A DNA stretch of 64,000 nt, from NCBI GenBank assembly GCA_963705305.1, contig OY970067.1:2080001-2144000 (forward strand), in the 5' to 3' direction. Position 1 is the stretch's first letter; every line of letters starts with the position of its first letter. This document shows, one piece after another, positions 33,583 to 44,434 of the stretch. Made by a program: the position numbers and the translations under genes. The notes below the pieces were generated by a model that was given only the letters and a program-made list of their open reading frames with translations, had not been told where the DNA came from and searched no databases. Source of the DNA: an uncultured Methylomirabilota bacterium. Lineage in GTDB: Bacteria; Methylomirabilota; Methylomirabilia; Methylomirabilales; 2-02-FULL-66-22.

Positions 33583-34026
33583 ATGAAGCGCACGTATCCT
33601 GATCGTCCGTTCGTGGCGGTGGGCGCCATCGTGGTCAATGATGGGCGCGTGCTGCTGGCCCGCCGGGGGAAAGAGCCGAGCCGCGGAGTCTGGTCCGTGC
33701 CGGGCGGGGCCGTGCACCTGGGTGAGGAGCTGAAGGCGGCGGCCCGTCGGGAGATCCGGGAAGAGCTGGGGATCGAGGTCGAGCTGACCGACGTGATCGA
33801 GGTGCTGGAGCGGGTCACGCGGGACGGCGAGGGCCGGGTGCAGTACCACTACGTGATCGTGGATTTCCTGGGGCGCTGGTCGGGGGGCGAGCCGACCCCC
33901 TCGGAGGAGGCGCTGGAAGTGGCCTGGGTCGCCCCCGAGGAGTTCCCGCAATACGAGATGACGCGGGGCACCGCCGACGTGATCCAGCGTGTTCTGGAGG
34001 CCGGGAAGCGGGCCGGCGTCCTGTAG
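33583..34026 (+). CDS. Nudix hydrolase
   Basis: Nudix box GGAVHLGEELKAAARREIREELG. Confidence 0.92.
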   Translation: MKRTYPDRPFVAVGAIVVNDGRVLLARRGKEPSRGVWSVPGGAVHLGEELKAAARREIREELGIEVELTDVIEVLERVTRDGEGRVQYHYVIVDFLGRWSGGEPTPSEEALEVAWVAPEEFPQYEMTRGTADVIQRVLEAGKRAGVL

Positions 34027-34151
34027 CAGGCTGCCGAAAAAGGCCCATCTGCGGCGTTGGTGCGCTCCCGCGACGCTGCGGCGTACCCGTAAGTACGCCT
34101 CGCGTCTCAGATCGCGCACCGCCTTGCATCTGGACCTTTTTGAGCAGCCTG
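34024..34151. mobile_element. MITE-like repeat, copy B
   Basis: TAGCAGGCTGCCGAAAAAGGCCCATCTG...GGACCTTTTTGAGCAGCCTG. Confidence 0.85.
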
Positions 34152-34197
34152 GGGGAAAGCGGGTTTATTGGCGTCCTGTAGGGGCGGGGGGACTGTC

Positions 34198-34398
34198 GTG
34201 GAGATCCGGTTGAACGGCAAGGCGCGCAACGTCCGGGACGGCGTCACCATTCGCCAGCTCCTCGACGAGCTGGGGCTGCATCCCCAGCGGGTCGCCGTCC
34301 AGGTCAACCTGGACATCATCAAGCGCGACCGGTACGAGTCGGTCGTGCTGCAGCCGGGGGATACGGTGGAGGTGCTCACGTTCATGGCGGGAGGCTGA
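34198..34398 (+). CDS. thiS: Thiamine biosynthesis sulfur carrier
   Basis: IRLNG...VAVQVN...[13 protein letters not shown] (C-terminal GG). Confidence 0.93.
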   Translation: MEIRLNGKARNVRDGVTIRQLLDELGLHPQRVAVQVNLDIIKRDRYESVVLQPGDTVEVLTFMAGG

Positions 34399-34454
34399 GC
34401 GGACTGCCGTGCGCGGCAGGTTGCAGGATTCCGCCGGAAAGCAGGAGGTGGGGG

Positions 34455-35231
34455 ATGCACGGTCGGGAGACATTGAAGTTCGCCGGGAAGGAGTTCCGCT
34501 CCCACCTGATCGTGGGAACGGGGAAGTATGCGGATTTCCACGTCATGGCGAAGGCGCTGGAGGCCTCGGGAACCGAGATCGTCACGGTGGCGGTGCGCCG
34601 GGTCAACCTGGACCGGACCCAGGAGTCGCTCCTGGACTACGTCGATACAAAGAAGTACACCTTGCTGCCCAACACAGCCGGCTGCTATTCGGCCGAGGAG
34701 GCGGTCAAGTACGCCCGGCTGGCGCGGGAAGTCGGGATGTCCGAGATGGTGAAGCTGGAGGTCATCGGGGACCAGCGGACCCTCTTCCCCGACAACGAAG
34801 AGCTGCTCAAGGCCACCCGGATCCTGGTGAAGGACGGATTTGTCGTCCTTCCCTATGTGAACGATGACCCGATCATGGCCAAGAAGCTGGAAGACGCGGG
34901 GGCGGCGGCGGTGATGCCGCTGGGGGCCCCCATCGGCTCGGGCCTGGGCCTCCGCAATCCCCACAACATCGTGATCATCCTGCAGACGGTCAAGGTGCCG
35001 GTGATCGTGGACGCCGGGGTGGGGACGGCCTCGGACGCCGCGGTGGCCATGGAGCTGGGGTGCGACGGCGTGCTGATGAACACGGCCATCGCCGGGGCCA
35101 AGGATCCCGTCCTCATGGCGGAGGCGATGCGCAAGGCCGTCGAGGCGGGCCGCCAGGCCTTCCTGGCGGGACGCATCCCCAAGAAGTCCTATGCCAGCGC
35201 CTCCACCAGCATGGAGGGGATGATCGAGTAG
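34455..35231 (+). CDS. thiG: Thiazole synthase
   Basis: [39 protein letters not shown]. Confidence 0.97.
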   Translation: MHGRETLKFAGKEFRSHLIVGTGKYADFHVMAKALEASGTEIVTVAVRRVNLDRTQESLLDYVDTKKYTLLPNTAGCYSAEEAVKYARLAREVGMSEMVKLEVIGDQRTLFPDNEELLKATRILVKDGFVVLPYVNDDPIMAKKLEDAGAAAVMPLGAPIGSGLGLRNPHNIVIILQTVKVPVIVDAGVGTASDAAVAMELGCDGVLMNTAIAGAKDPVLMAEAMRKAVEAGRQAFLAGRIPKKSYASASTSMEGMIE

Positions 35232-35235
35232 CCCC

Positions 35236-35898
35236 GTGCAAATTCGAAGTTCGAAGTTCGAAGTTCGAAATTGGGGGGTGTACCTGGTCACCGACCGCCA
35301 GCAGGCGGGGGGACGCGATCTGCGCAACGTCCTGGAGCCGGCGCTGCAGGCGGGAGTGCGCGCGGTCCAGCTGCGCGAAAAGGATCTCGACACCCGGAGC
35401 CTGTACCGTCTGGCGGAGTCGCTCTTGCCGCTCACCCGGGCGGCCGGGGCGGCCCTGATCGTCAATGACCGCCTGGACGTGGCCCTGGCGATGGACGCGG
35501 ACGGCGCGCACCTCACCAGGAAGAGCCTGCCCGTGCCCGAGGCGCGGGCGCTTCTCGGGGCGGGGAAGCTTTTGGGGGTCTCCTGCCACTCCGCGGCGGA
35601 CGTGCGCGAGGCGGCGCGGGGCGGGGCGGATTTCGCCGTCCTGGGTCCCGTCTATGCCACTCCCTCCAAGGCTCCCTATGGCCCGCCGTTGACGCCGACC
35701 ATCCTGCGGGAGGCCCGCGCGGCCGAGCCGCTGCCGATCCTCGCTATCGGCGGCATCACGGCTGGCCGGATTCCCGAGGTGATGGCGGCGGGTGCGGACG
35801 GGGTCGCGGTGATCTCGGCCGTCATGGCCGCCCCGGATCCCGGTGCGGCGGCCGCCGAGCTGCTGGCCGCGATCGGTGCCGCGCGGGGGGTCGAGTAG
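35236..35898 (+). CDS. thiE: Thiamine-phosphate synthase
   Basis: YLVTD, VQLREK, IVNDRLDVA, GVSCH, GPVYATPSK, AIGGI. Confidence 0.93.
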   Translation: MQIRSSKFEVRNWGVYLVTDRQQAGGRDLRNVLEPALQAGVRAVQLREKDLDTRSLYRLAESLLPLTRAAGAALIVNDRLDVALAMDADGAHLTRKSLPVPEARALLGAGKLLGVSCHSAADVREAARGGADFAVLGPVYATPSKAPYGPPLTPTILREARAAEPLPILAIGGITAGRIPEVMAAGADGVAVISAVMAAPDPGAAAAELLAAIGAARGVE

Positions 35899-35939
35899 CC
35901 GACTGGTCAACTCGTCAATTGGCGACTTGACACTTGAAG

Positions 35940-36446
35940 ATGCACATCATCATTGACGGCTATAATCTGATCCGCCAGTGGCCGGAGCTGGCCATGCTGG
36001 ACCGGACCGATTTGGAGGCGGGCCGGCAGGCCCTGCTCGAGGAGCTCGGGGCGTACCGTCGAGCCAAGGGCCACCAGCTCACCGTGGTATTTGACGGGCA
36101 GGAGCGGGGCGGGGCCTCGGATGCCTTGGAGCGTGTGGCTGGGATCTCGGTCCGGTTCTCGCGGATGGGCGAGACCGCCGATGCCGTGATCGCCCGCCTG
36201 GCCGCGGAGGGCGGGGAGGGGACCGTGGTCGTCAGCTCCGACCGTGAGGTCATGGACGCGGCCCGGCGGGGCGGCGCCGCCAGCATTTCGAGCCCGGAGT
36301 TCCTGGCCCGGCTGGACGCCAGCCGGGTCGCCGTCCTGAAGGGCGGCGAAGAGGAAGAGGAGCGGCCCAAGAAGAGTGGGAAGGGAGTCGCCAAGCGCCT
36401 GCCCAAGGCCGAGCGGCAGAGGGCGCGCCGGCTTCGCGACCTGTAG
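35940..36446 (+). CDS. NYN/YacP-like PIN-fold nuclease domain protein
   Basis: IIDGYNLI, VVFDG, TADAVI, VVSSDRE. Confidence 0.88.
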   Translation: MHIIIDGYNLIRQWPELAMLDRTDLEAGRQALLEELGAYRRAKGHQLTVVFDGQERGGASDALERVAGISVRFSRMGETADAVIARLAAEGGEGTVVVSSDREVMDAARRGGAASISSPEFLARLDASRVAVLKGGEEEEERPKKSGKGVAKRLPKAERQRARRLRDL

Positions 36447-36714
36447 CAGGCTGCTGAAAAAGGCCCATCTGCCGGGTACCCATCTGATGGGTGCCCAACC
36501 TTCGGCCGGGTACCCGCCCACTCGGGCACTCGTTGCGGCGTACCGGAAGTACGCCTTGACCCGCCTGCGGCGGGTGCCCCGCCCCGGGTACCCATCCCGA
36601 GGAATGGGTGACGCCGCCTTGCCGTTCGACGGGCTCACGGTCCCGAGCGAAGTCGAGGGACATCTGGACCTTTTTGAACAGCCTGGGTGAAATTGGTACT
36701 TCAGCAGCCTGCTA
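36444..36714. mobile_element. MITE-like repeat, copy C, with nested palindromic modules
   Basis: Perfect 15-bp TIR TAGCAGGCTGCTGAA...TTCAGCAGCCTGCTA; internal TTCGAC...GTCGAGGG module. Confidence 0.88.
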
Positions 36715-36836
36715 TGGACGAGTTGTCCGGCGGTTGGAGAAGCTGGTCACAGAGGCTTCACGTCATCCCAGACGGGGAAGCGAGCATGGGCGAATCGGCG
36801 GAATATTATTCGACCTGGTACGAAGAGGAGCGCGTG

Positions 36837-37886
36837 ATGGTATCCAAAGCGGCTGAGCGGGTGGTGGACCTCCGCAGCGATACGGTGACGAAGCCCACGC
36901 CGGAGATGCGGCGGGCCATGGCCGATGCCGAGGTGGGGGACGATGTCTTCGGCGAGGACCCCACGGTCGCCAGGCTCGAGGCCATGGGGGCGGAGCGCCT
37001 GGGGAAGGAGGCCGGCCTGTTCGTGGCCTCTGGGACCATGGGGAACCAGGTGTCCCTGATGGCGCACACCCAGCGGGGCGAAGAGATCATCCTGGACGAG
37101 AACTCCCATATCTTCAACTACGAGGTGGCTGCTCTGGCGGTCCTCTCGGCCGTGCAGCCCCGCACGCTTCGCGGCTGCCACGGGATCCTGGACCCCGAGG
37201 AAGTACGGCAGGCCATCCGATCGCCCAACATCCACTACCCCAAGGATTCGCTCATCTGCGTGGAGAACACCCACAACCGCGGCGGCGGGACGGTGTACCC
37301 CCTGGAGACGCTCAAAGCGATTCGCCGAATCGCCGTCGAGAACGGGCTGGCCGTTCATCTGGACGGGGCCCGGATGTTCAACGCCTGCGTGGCCACCGGT
37401 ACGCCGCCGGCGGAGATGGCCGCCCAGGCGGATTCGGTGACCTTCTGCCTGTCCAAGGGGCTGTCGGCCCCGGTGGGGTCGGTGATCACGGGGACGCGGT
37501 CCTTCATCGATCGGGCGCGGCGGGCCCGCAAGATGGTGGGCGGCGGGATGCGGCAGGCGGGGATTCTGGCGGCGGCGGGCATCGTCGCCCTGGAGACGAT
37601 GGTGGACCGGCTGCGCGAGGACCACGAGAACGCCCGGATCCTGGCGGAGGGGCTTGCCGCGCTGTCGGGAATCCAGATCGCCCTCGACCTGGTCAGGACG
37701 AACATCGTGATCTTCACCGTCAAGCGGCCGGACCTGGACGCGGCCGGCCTGGTCCTCAAGCTCGGCGAGCAGGGAATCAAAGCACTCGCCGTCAGCCAGG
37801 ACCGCATCCGCATGGTGACGCACAAGGACGTGGATCGCGCCGGGATCCTCTGGACGCTGGAGGCCCTGAAGACGATCCTTGGCTGA
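36837..37886 (+). CDS. ltaE: Low-specificity L-threonine aldolase
   Basis: [53 protein letters not shown]. Confidence 0.95.
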   Translation: MVSKAAERVVDLRSDTVTKPTPEMRRAMADAEVGDDVFGEDPTVARLEAMGAERLGKEAGLFVASGTMGNQVSLMAHTQRGEEIILDENSHIFNYEVAALAVLSAVQPRTLRGCHGILDPEEVRQAIRSPNIHYPKDSLICVENTHNRGGGTVYPLETLKAIRRIAVENGLAVHLDGARMFNACVATGTPPAEMAAQADSVTFCLSKGLSAPVGSVITGTRSFIDRARRARKMVGGGMRQAGILAAAGIVALETMVDRLREDHENARILAEGLAALSGIQIALDLVRTNIVIFTVKRPDLDAAGLVLKLGEQGIKALAVSQDRIRMVTHKDVDRAGILWTLEALKTILG

Positions 37887-37922
37887 ATTTCCCCTCCCGG
37901 GAGTTTCACCGGCGGAGGTGAA

Positions 37923-38852
37923 ATGGACCTGGACCTCGGTGATATGTGGGATTTTCACACGGATGCCAGGGTGCTCGTCTCCGACGTGCGGGACCGGGAC
38001 AGGTACGAAAAGCAGCTGGATCTGCCCACCTGCCGGCGCCTCGGCGGGATCTTCAGCGCGACCGGCCGCCTGGCGGATGCCCCGCGCGATGCGCAGTGGG
38101 CGCTGCTGGAATCGGAGGTCGCGACCATCCGGTCGCTGGCCGGCATGCCGGTCGTGCGGGCGGCCGCCGACCTGGCAGGAGCCGGCCGGCAGGTCCTGCA
38201 CGCCGAGGGCGTGTATTTCGTCCAGGGGATGGCCGACCTGGGCGGCCTGGACCGGCTGTGGGCCATGGGGTTTCGCAGCCTGGCCCCGCTCTACAACGAG
38301 GACAACGCGCTCGGGGGCGGGGCCCGCGGGGATGCCGGTCGCGGCCTGACGGACCTGGGGCGGCAATTCGTCGAGCGGGCCTGGCAGATCGGCTTCCTGG
38401 TGGACATTGCCCACAGCAACCACCGCACGCAGCGCGACCTGATCGATCTGGCGTTGGCGGCGGGCCGCCCCGTCCACTACAGCCACGGCTTCCTCGACGA
38501 GCCGGTGCTGGGGCTGTTCGGCCAGCGCGGCCTCCTGCGCCCGCAGGCGGAGCGGCTGGCCCGGACGGGGGGCCTCATCGGCCTGTCGCCCCACCCGGGC
38601 TTCGTGGGGTATTTCCGGCGCTACCTGGACGAAATTGACTTCCTGGCGCGCACCGTGCCGGCGCACGTCGTCCTGGGCAGCGACTTTTCCGGAATCACTA
38701 CGCCGCCGGTGACCTTCCCGGAGTTCGCGTCGGCGTCGGCCGTCCCGGCCTTCGCCCAGCGGCTGGCGGACATCCACGGCGAGGCCTTTGCCCGCGACTT
38801 CTGCGGCCGATCATTGCGGCGGATGCTGGAGCGGACGCTGCCGCAGCCGTGA
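37923..38852 (+). CDS. Membrane dipeptidase (M19)-like amidohydrolase
   Basis: DFHTD, HAEG, GLTDLGRQFV, VDIAH, YSH, LGSDF. Confidence 0.8.
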   Translation: MDLDLGDMWDFHTDARVLVSDVRDRDRYEKQLDLPTCRRLGGIFSATGRLADAPRDAQWALLESEVATIRSLAGMPVVRAAADLAGAGRQVLHAEGVYFVQGMADLGGLDRLWAMGFRSLAPLYNEDNALGGGARGDAGRGLTDLGRQFVERAWQIGFLVDIAHSNHRTQRDLIDLALAAGRPVHYSHGFLDEPVLGLFGQRGLLRPQAERLARTGGLIGLSPHPGFVGYFRRYLDEIDFLARTVPAHVVLGSDFSGITTPPVTFPEFASASAVPAFAQRLADIHGEAFARDFCGRSLRRMLERTLPQP

Positions 38853-38965
38853 AGCCCGAGCGCCGCGCCCGCGGGAAGTGACGGGAAACACGAAAGCCCT
38901 GGAGAGTATCCAGGGCTCGTGCTGGTTCACAGATTCGCCGGCGTGCCGGCTGTCCCGCCCCCGCC

Positions 38966-39238
38966 CTAGCGCACCGCGTCCTTCAGGGTTTTCCCCGCCT
39001 TGAACTTCGGCAGCTTGGCCGCCCTGATCTTGATCGCCTCCCCCGTCTGCGGATTGCGGCCGTTCCGGGCAGCCCGGCGCCCGACAGAGAAAGTACCGAA
39101 TCCCACCAGGCTCACCCGCTTGCCCCGCTTCAAGGAATCCCGCACACCCGCGGTGAACGAGTCCAGCGCCGCCTCCGCCGCCTTCTTGGTGATCCCGGCA
39201 TCCTTGGCCATTCGAGCCACCAGCTCCGCCTTCGTCAT
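38966..39238 (-). CDS. hup: HU family DNA-binding protein
   Basis: MTKAEL...VSLVGFGTF...[13 protein letters not shown]...PKFKAGK. Confidence 0.96.
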   Translation of the reverse strand: MTKAELVARMAKDAGITKKAAEAALDSFTAGVRDSLKRGKRVSLVGFGTFSVGRRAARNGRNPQTGEAIKIRAAKLPKFKAGKTLKDAVR

Positions 39239-39297
39239 GGGCGAACCTCCTCTCCGTGATCCACCGATTGACAGCCGGCAAAAACGATCAAGCCTGA

Positions 39298-39628
39298 CAG
39301 GCCGCTGAAAAAGCCCATCTGCAGAGACCCATCCTTCAGATGGGTACCCCGCCCGCTCGGGCACTCGCTGCGGCGTACCGGAAGTACGCCTTGACCCGCC
39401 TGCGGCGGGTGCCCCGCCCCGGGTACCCATCCCGAGGAATGGGTGAGGCCGCCTTGCCATTCGACAGGCTCACGGTCCCGAGCGAAGTCGAGGGACCATT
39501 CGACGGGCCCTTCGACAAGCTCAGGGCGGTGAGCAGAGCCGAACCGCTCACGGTCCCGAGCGAAGTCGAGGGACATCTGGACCTTTTTGAGCAGCCTGGG
39601 GGAAAGCGGGTTTTTCAGCACGTTGTTA
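39298..39628. mobile_element. MITE-like repeat, copy D, with several nested REP-like modules
   Basis: Same backbone as copy C, plus two CTCACGGTCCCGAGCGAAGTCGAGGGA modules and CCCTTCGACAAGCTCAGGGC. Confidence 0.85.
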
Positions 39629-39688
39629 AACCATTCCGGGGAGGCTCATATCAAAGCGGCTCCAAGAGTGTCAAGGCAAAAAGCAGAG

Positions 39689-41011
39689 TCATCCCTTCTT
39701 GCGCCATGCCTCCAGACGCTTGCGAATCTCCCGCTCCAGTCCCCGGTCGGAGGGTCGATAGTAAATGCGCCCTTGCAGCCGCTCCGGCAGATAATCCTGC
39801 TTGACGTAGGCATCCTCGTAGTCGTGGGCGTACTTGTAGCCCTCCCCATAGCCGAGGTCCGTCATCAGGGGTGTGGGAGCGTTCCGGATGTGGAGGGGCA
39901 CCGGTTCGGCGGGAGCTGAGGCCACGTCCGCCTGCGCCGCGCCGAAGGCCTCGTACACGGCGTTGCTCTTCGGCGCGGTGGCCAGGTACGTGACGCACTG
40001 GGCCAGGGCCAGCTCTCCCTCGGGGCTGCCGAGGAAATGGTAGGCCTCCTTGGCGGCCACGGCCAGGGAGAGGGCGGCCGGATCCGCGTTGCCGATATCC
40101 TCCGAAGCGAAGCGGATCAGCCGGCGGGCGATGTAGAGCGGGTCCTCGCCGGAGGCCAGCATGCGCGCCAGCCAGTAGAGGGCGGCGTCGGGGTCGCTGC
40201 CCCGCAGGCTCTTGTGCAGGGCGGAGATGAGGTTGAAGTGCTCCTCCCCCGCCTTGTCGTAAAGGAGGCTGCGGTGCTGGGCGGCCTCCTGGACGATCGC
40301 CGGCGTGACGAGGCCGGTCCGGGCCGAGGCCTCGGCCAGCCGCGCGGCGAGCTCAAGGAGATTCAGCGCCGCCCGGGCGTCCCCGTTCCCCCAGCGCACG
40401 ATGGCCAGCAGGGCGTCCTCGGAAACCTGAAGGCCGCGCCGCCCCAGCCCGCGCTCCGGGTCCGACAGGGCGCGCTCCAGTATGGCCCGGATGTCGGGCT
40501 CGCCGAGCGGGCGGAGGACCAGCACCTTGGCGCGGGAGAGGAGCGGGGCGATCACCTCGAAGGAGGGATTCTCGGTGGTGGCCCCGATGAGCGTGATGGT
40601 GCCGCGCTCGACGTGGGGCAGGAAGGCGTCCTGCTGCGCCTTGTTGAAGCGGTGGATCTCGTCGACGAACAGGACGGTGCGCTGGCCCGCCCCGCGGAGG
40701 CACCGCTCGGCCTCGGCGATGACCTCTTTGATCTCCTTGATGCCCGCGGTGACGGCCGAGAAGGGAATGAAGGCGGCCCGGACATGGGAGGCGACGAGCA
40801 TGGCGAGGGAGGTCTTGCCGGTCCCCGGCGGGCCCCAGAAGATCAGCGAGGGAACCTCGCCCTGCTCCAGAGCCACCCGCAGGATCTTCCCGGGGGCTAG
40901 CAGGTGCGGCTGTCCGACGAACTCCTCCAGCGTCCGGGGGCGCATCCGATCGGCCAGCGGCGCCCCCCGCCGGGGTGGAGGAGATTCGCGCGGGAACAGC
41001 TCCAGGCTCAT
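39689..41011 (-). CDS. rarA: Replication-associated recombination protein A
   Basis: PLADRMRP, WGPPGTGKT, DEIHRFNKAQQD, GATTENPSF, SALHKSLRGSD, SEDIGNADP. Confidence 0.96.
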   Translation of the reverse strand: MSLELFPRESPPPRRGAPLADRMRPRTLEEFVGQPHLLAPGKILRVALEQGEVPSLIFWGPPGTGKTSLAMLVASHVRAAFIPFSAVTAGIKEIKEVIAEAERCLRGAGQRTVLFVDEIHRFNKAQQDAFLPHVERGTITLIGATTENPSFEVIAPLLSRAKVLVLRPLGEPDIRAILERALSDPERGLGRRGLQVSEDALLAIVRWGNGDARAALNLLELAARLAEASARTGLVTPAIVQEAAQHRSLLYDKAGEEHFNLISALHKSLRGSDPDAALYWLARMLASGEDPLYIARRLIRFASEDIGNADPAALSLAVAAKEAYHFLGSPEGELALAQCVTYLATAPKSNAVYEAFGAAQADVASAPAEPVPLHIRNAPTPLMTDLGYGEGYKYAHDYEDAYVKQDYLPERLQGRIYYRPSDRGLEREIRKRLEAWRKKG

Positions 41012-41082
41012 CGGTTCATCCGTACGGTCGATCCCGAGCGCTCGTGTAGTGCGTCCAGCGCTTCTTTCCTCGTGCGAGGCCT

Positions 41083-41203
41083 TCATGTCGGCAAATGCCG
41101 GCATCCAGGGCGCCTGTTCCGTCATTCCGGCGGATGCCAGAATCCAGGGATCCCCCCTGCGATCCAGTTCACGCTCTGGGCCCCGGTTTTCACCGGGGTG
41201 ACG
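41083..41203. repeat. Cluster of three REP-like palindromes
   Basis: TCATGTCGGCAAATGCCGGCATCCA, GTCATTCCGGCGGATGCCAGAATCCAG and the inverted CTGGGCCCCGGTTTTCACCGGGGTGACG. Confidence 0.7.
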
Positions 41204-41214
41204 AAAGACGGTCC

Positions 41215-41287
41215 CGGTGAGCGCGTACGTCGCAGCGCCGCGGGAGCGCGGCAACGCCGCAGATGGGGCTTTTTCAGCAGCGTGCTA
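41215..41287. mobile_element. MITE-like repeat, partial copy E
   Basis: CAACGCCGCAGATGGGGCTTTTTCAGCAGCGTGCTA matches the MITE end; its CTA is the pyrE stop. Confidence 0.75.
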
Positions 41288-41893
41288 AAAGCGCACCGAG
41301 GCGATGAATGCCATGCACCGGTCGAACTGCTCGCCGGAGATGCGACCGGCGTCGCGCAGGTATGTCAGCACCGCCGAGATTCGGAGCGCGCGATGCAGCG
41401 CGTACCCTTTCTCCTGGAGGCGGTCGGCGCCGCCCTGCTCGCGATCCAGGAAGACGACGAAGTCCCGCACCGTGAGCCCCGCCTCGCGGAGCGGCTCGGC
41501 CGCCTCGAACTTGCTGGCGCCGTCGGTGATCACATCGTCGAGCATGACGACGACCTCGCCGGGCGCGAACTCTCCCTCGATGGCCCGCCGGATGCCGTGC
41601 TCCTTGATCTCCTTCCGCGCGTAGAGCATGGGGAAGTGCCCGGCCAGCGCCACGGCGGTGGCGATGGGCAGGCCGGCGTACGGGATGCCGGCGATCCGGT
41701 CGAAACGGAGGGGGCGCAGGACCTCCAGCAGGCGAAGGGCCAGCGCCTGAAGCACTGAAGGATGAGAGATGACGACGCGGAGGTCCACGTAGAAGGGGGA
41801 AAGGGCGCCGGATTTCAGCCGGAACTCTCCAAAGGTGATGGCCCGGATCCGGAACAGATCCTCCACCAGTTGTCCGTCGGCTTCAGTCAGCAT
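41285..41893 (-). CDS. pyrE: Orotate phosphoribosyltransferase (start approximate)
   Basis: [43 protein letters not shown]. Confidence 0.93.
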   Translation of the reverse strand: MLTEADGQLVEDLFRIRAITFGEFRLKSGALSPFYVDLRVVISHPSVLQALALRLLEVLRPLRFDRIAGIPYAGLPIATAVALAGHFPMLYARKEIKEHGIRRAIEGEFAPGEVVVMLDDVITDGASKFEAAEPLREAGLTVRDFVVFLDREQGGADRLQEKGYALHRALRISAVLTYLRDAGRISGEQFDRCMAFIASVRF

Positions 41894-41934
41894 CTCGATC
41901 CTCGCTGGTACGGGGTCGACGGGGCAGACGGCGA

Positions 41935-42663
41935 TCAGGCGTGATCCCGTGCGGCGGCGCACTCCGCGGCGATCTCCCGCGCCGCTGCCGCCGGGTCGGG
42001 CGCGGCCAGGATGGGACGGCCGACGACCACGTAATCCGCCCCGGCCCGGATGGCCTCGCCCGGGGTGAGCACGCGCCGCTGGTCCTGCTGCTCCGACCGG
42101 GCCGGCCGGACGCCGGGCGTCACGATCAGGAAGTCCGGCCCGCACGTCTGCCGCAGGAGCGCAATCTCGTGCGGCGAGGCCACCACGCCGTCGAGCCCGG
42201 CGGCTCGCGCCGCCTCTGCCAGGTGCCGCACCTGCTCGGGCAGGCTCCGCATCGTTCCGAGCGCGGCCTGGAGGCCGGCCTGGTCCAGGCTGGTCAGGAC
42301 CGTCACGGCCAGGAGGAGCGGACGTGAGCCGTCCGCGCGCGGGGTGGAGGCCGCGCCGGCTGCGGCCTGCAGCATGGCCGACCCGCCGCTGGCGTGCACG
42401 TTCAGCATCCACACGCCCATCTCCGAGGCCGAACGGACGGCGCCGGCCACGGTGTTGGGGATGTCGTGGAACTTGAGGTCGAGGAAAACCCGGAGGCCGA
42501 GCTCGTGCATGGCCCGGACGGCCGTCGGACCCTGGGCGGTGAACAGCTGGCTCCCGATTTTGACGGCGGCCACGTGCGGGGCCAACAGGCGGGCCAGATC
42601 GGCCGCCGCGGCCAGCGTGGGGACGTCCAGGGCGGCGATCACTCGGTTGTCGGCAGTGGGCAT
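41935..42663 (-). CDS. pyrF: Orotidine-5'-phosphate decarboxylase
   Basis: [37 protein letters not shown]. Confidence 0.97.
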   Translation of the reverse strand: MPTADNRVIAALDVPTLAAAADLARLLAPHVAAVKIGSQLFTAQGPTAVRAMHELGLRVFLDLKFHDIPNTVAGAVRSASEMGVWMLNVHASGGSAMLQAAAGAASTPRADGSRPLLLAVTVLTSLDQAGLQAALGTMRSLPEQVRHLAEAARAAGLDGVVASPHEIALLRQTCGPDFLIVTPGVRPARSEQQDQRRVLTPGEAIRAGADYVVVGRPILAAPDPAAAAREIAAECAAARDHA

Positions 42664-42855
42664 TCACGGCTCCTGTAGATACAGTCACGAATTCGTCGAG
42701 CGTCCGGTCGCGCGGTGCCTTCCCGATATGTTGTGCAGCCGGCCGATGACCCGACGGTCGCATTGCCCGAGCGCCCGGCTTGAAGCGAAGGCTACCACGG
42801 AGGCGGAACGGGCGTCAACGAACGGCAGGGGGTGGCGGTATCCGGTCCCGAACAT

Positions 42856-42935
42856 CTCACCGCCAAGGCGCCAAGGAAACTTCGAATTTCGAAGTTCCAA
42901 GTTGAAAGGGGCGACCTTGGCGCCTTGGCGGCTCA
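42856..42935. repeat. Palindromic element with a heptamer loop, copy 2
   Basis: CCGCCAAGGCGCCAAGG...CCTTGGCGCCTTGGCGG with a TTCGAATTTCGAAG loop. Confidence 0.85.
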
Positions 42936-43016
42936 ATAAATTCAGTTTGAACTTGACAAACCAATGATTCGATAATTAGCCTAAATTTGCAAATAACATA
43001 AAGGAGGGTCACGGCC

Positions 43017-43586
43017 GTGTCCGACGAAAGACCTCTGAGTACCGGTGAAGTGGCATGGCTCCTCCACGTGACGCCGGTCGCCGTCCTGGGCTGGATCCGA
43101 GCCGGCAAGCTCAAAGCCTACCGCGTGCCCGGCGGGCGGCACCGGATTCCCCGGGCGGAATTCCGGAAATTCCTCTCCGATAACCACATTCCCCTCACGC
43201 TGGACGGACCGCTCCCCAAGCGCGTTCTGGTCGTGGACGACGAGCCCTCGGTGCGGGAGGCCTTTGAGGCCGTTTTGCAGGGCAAGGGGTACGAGGTGAT
43301 ATTGGCGGCAGACGGGCGCGAGGCCCTCAAGATTCTCGGAGCGGGCCACTTCGATCTGATCTTCCTCGACATGCTCCTCCCCAACCTCAGCGGCGGCTCG
43401 CTCATCCGGGCCATCAAACGCCGGGATCCCGAGGCCCTGGTGGTGATCATCACCGGCTTCCCGCATCACGAAGAGACGCTGGCCGCACTGGCGCACGGAC
43501 CGGCCATGCTGCTGGCAAAGCCGGTCAAGGTCTCGAACATTGAGGCGGTCCTCAAGATCGCGTTCAGGGAGCCGCGCGCCGACTGA
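43017..43586 (+). CDS. Excisionase-like HTH + receiver domain response regulator
   Basis: LSTGEVA..WIRAGKLKAYRVPGGRHRI; receiver VLVVDDE, LIFLDMLLP, IITG, AKP; AAAGGAGG RBS. Confidence 0.9.
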   Translation: MSDERPLSTGEVAWLLHVTPVAVLGWIRAGKLKAYRVPGGRHRIPRAEFRKFLSDNHIPLTLDGPLPKRVLVVDDEPSVREAFEAVLQGKGYEVILAADGREALKILGAGHFDLIFLDMLLPNLSGGSLIRAIKRRDPEALVVIITGFPHHEETLAALAHGPAMLLAKPVKVSNIEAVLKIAFREPRAD

Positions 43587-43722
43587 GCCCCGGCGCGGAA
43601 CAGATCCGGCCGGCCGGCAGCGATCACCCGTTCCCAAGGCGGGCGGTCGCCGGAGTCGAATCTTTGACGGACCCTTCGCGGCGCGTCGCACCATACGGCT
43701 GCCTGAAGGGGGGACAGCCGAC

Positions 43723-44391
43723 ATGCCTCTGATCGGGACCCTGCGCGACGTGAGCCTTCCCAGCCTGGTGCAGCTGCAGTGCATTGAGCGCCAGCGCGCC
43801 CAGATCTCTCTGGTCTGGGGGACCTGCGAGGGCCGGCTGGTCTTTGCGGACGGGGAGTTGATCTTCGCCAGTGTCGAGAACCTGAGGGGGGAGGAGGCGG
43901 TCCACGAGCTGCTCACGTGGGAGGATGCGGAGTTCCGCGTCGACTACGAGCCGACGAGCACGGAGCGGAATGTCAATACGCCGTGGGTGGCCCTCATTCT
44001 TGACGGGGTCCGCCGTCTGGACGAAGCGCGGGCCGAGCGCGACGAGCGGCTGGAGTCCCGGCTGCGGAGCCTGCGGGGCACCCACGGCCTGCGGGGAGGC
44101 GTGCTGGTCAGCGGCGCCGGGCGCGTGCGGGCGTCGGCTGCGGAGGGGCAGGCAACGGCCGAGGCGGCTCTGGTCGCCTTCGTGGCGGGCCGGCTGGAGG
44201 GCATCGGAGCGGCGCTGGCCTGCGGGCCGCTCGCGGAGGCTCTGCTCTCCGGGCCGGCGGAGAAGCTATGGATCACGAAAAAGGACGGCTCCTATCTGGG
44301 CTGCTGGCTGGACACACGGGCCTCGCTCCCTTCCGTGACGGGGCTCCTCCAGCCGTATCTTTCGCCTGATCGGGGGGCCGAAACGGTATGA
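43723..44391 (+). CDS. DUF4388 (PATAN-like) domain protein with a C-terminal Roadblock-like domain
   Basis: LIGTLRDVSLPSLVQL...GRLVFADGELIFA...GEEAVHELLTW..AEF...LILDGVRRLDE; C-terminal GLRGGVLVSGAGRV. Confidence 0.75.
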   Translation: MPLIGTLRDVSLPSLVQLQCIERQRAQISLVWGTCEGRLVFADGELIFASVENLRGEEAVHELLTWEDAEFRVDYEPTSTERNVNTPWVALILDGVRRLDEARAERDERLESRLRSLRGTHGLRGGVLVSGAGRVRASAAEGQATAEAALVAFVAGRLEGIGAALACGPLAEALLSGPAEKLWITKKDGSYLGCWLDTRASLPSVTGLLQPYLSPDRGAETV

Positions 44392-44434
44392 ACAATTGGC
44401 GCTGGCGCTGTCCGTCATTGTCGAGGAGGCCGCG

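Noticed and set aside
39235..39804. Short ORFs over the MITE copies (also 35907-36690, 33815-34213)
   Set aside because: They are translations of the repeat itself (e.g. [15 protein letters not shown]), not independent genes.
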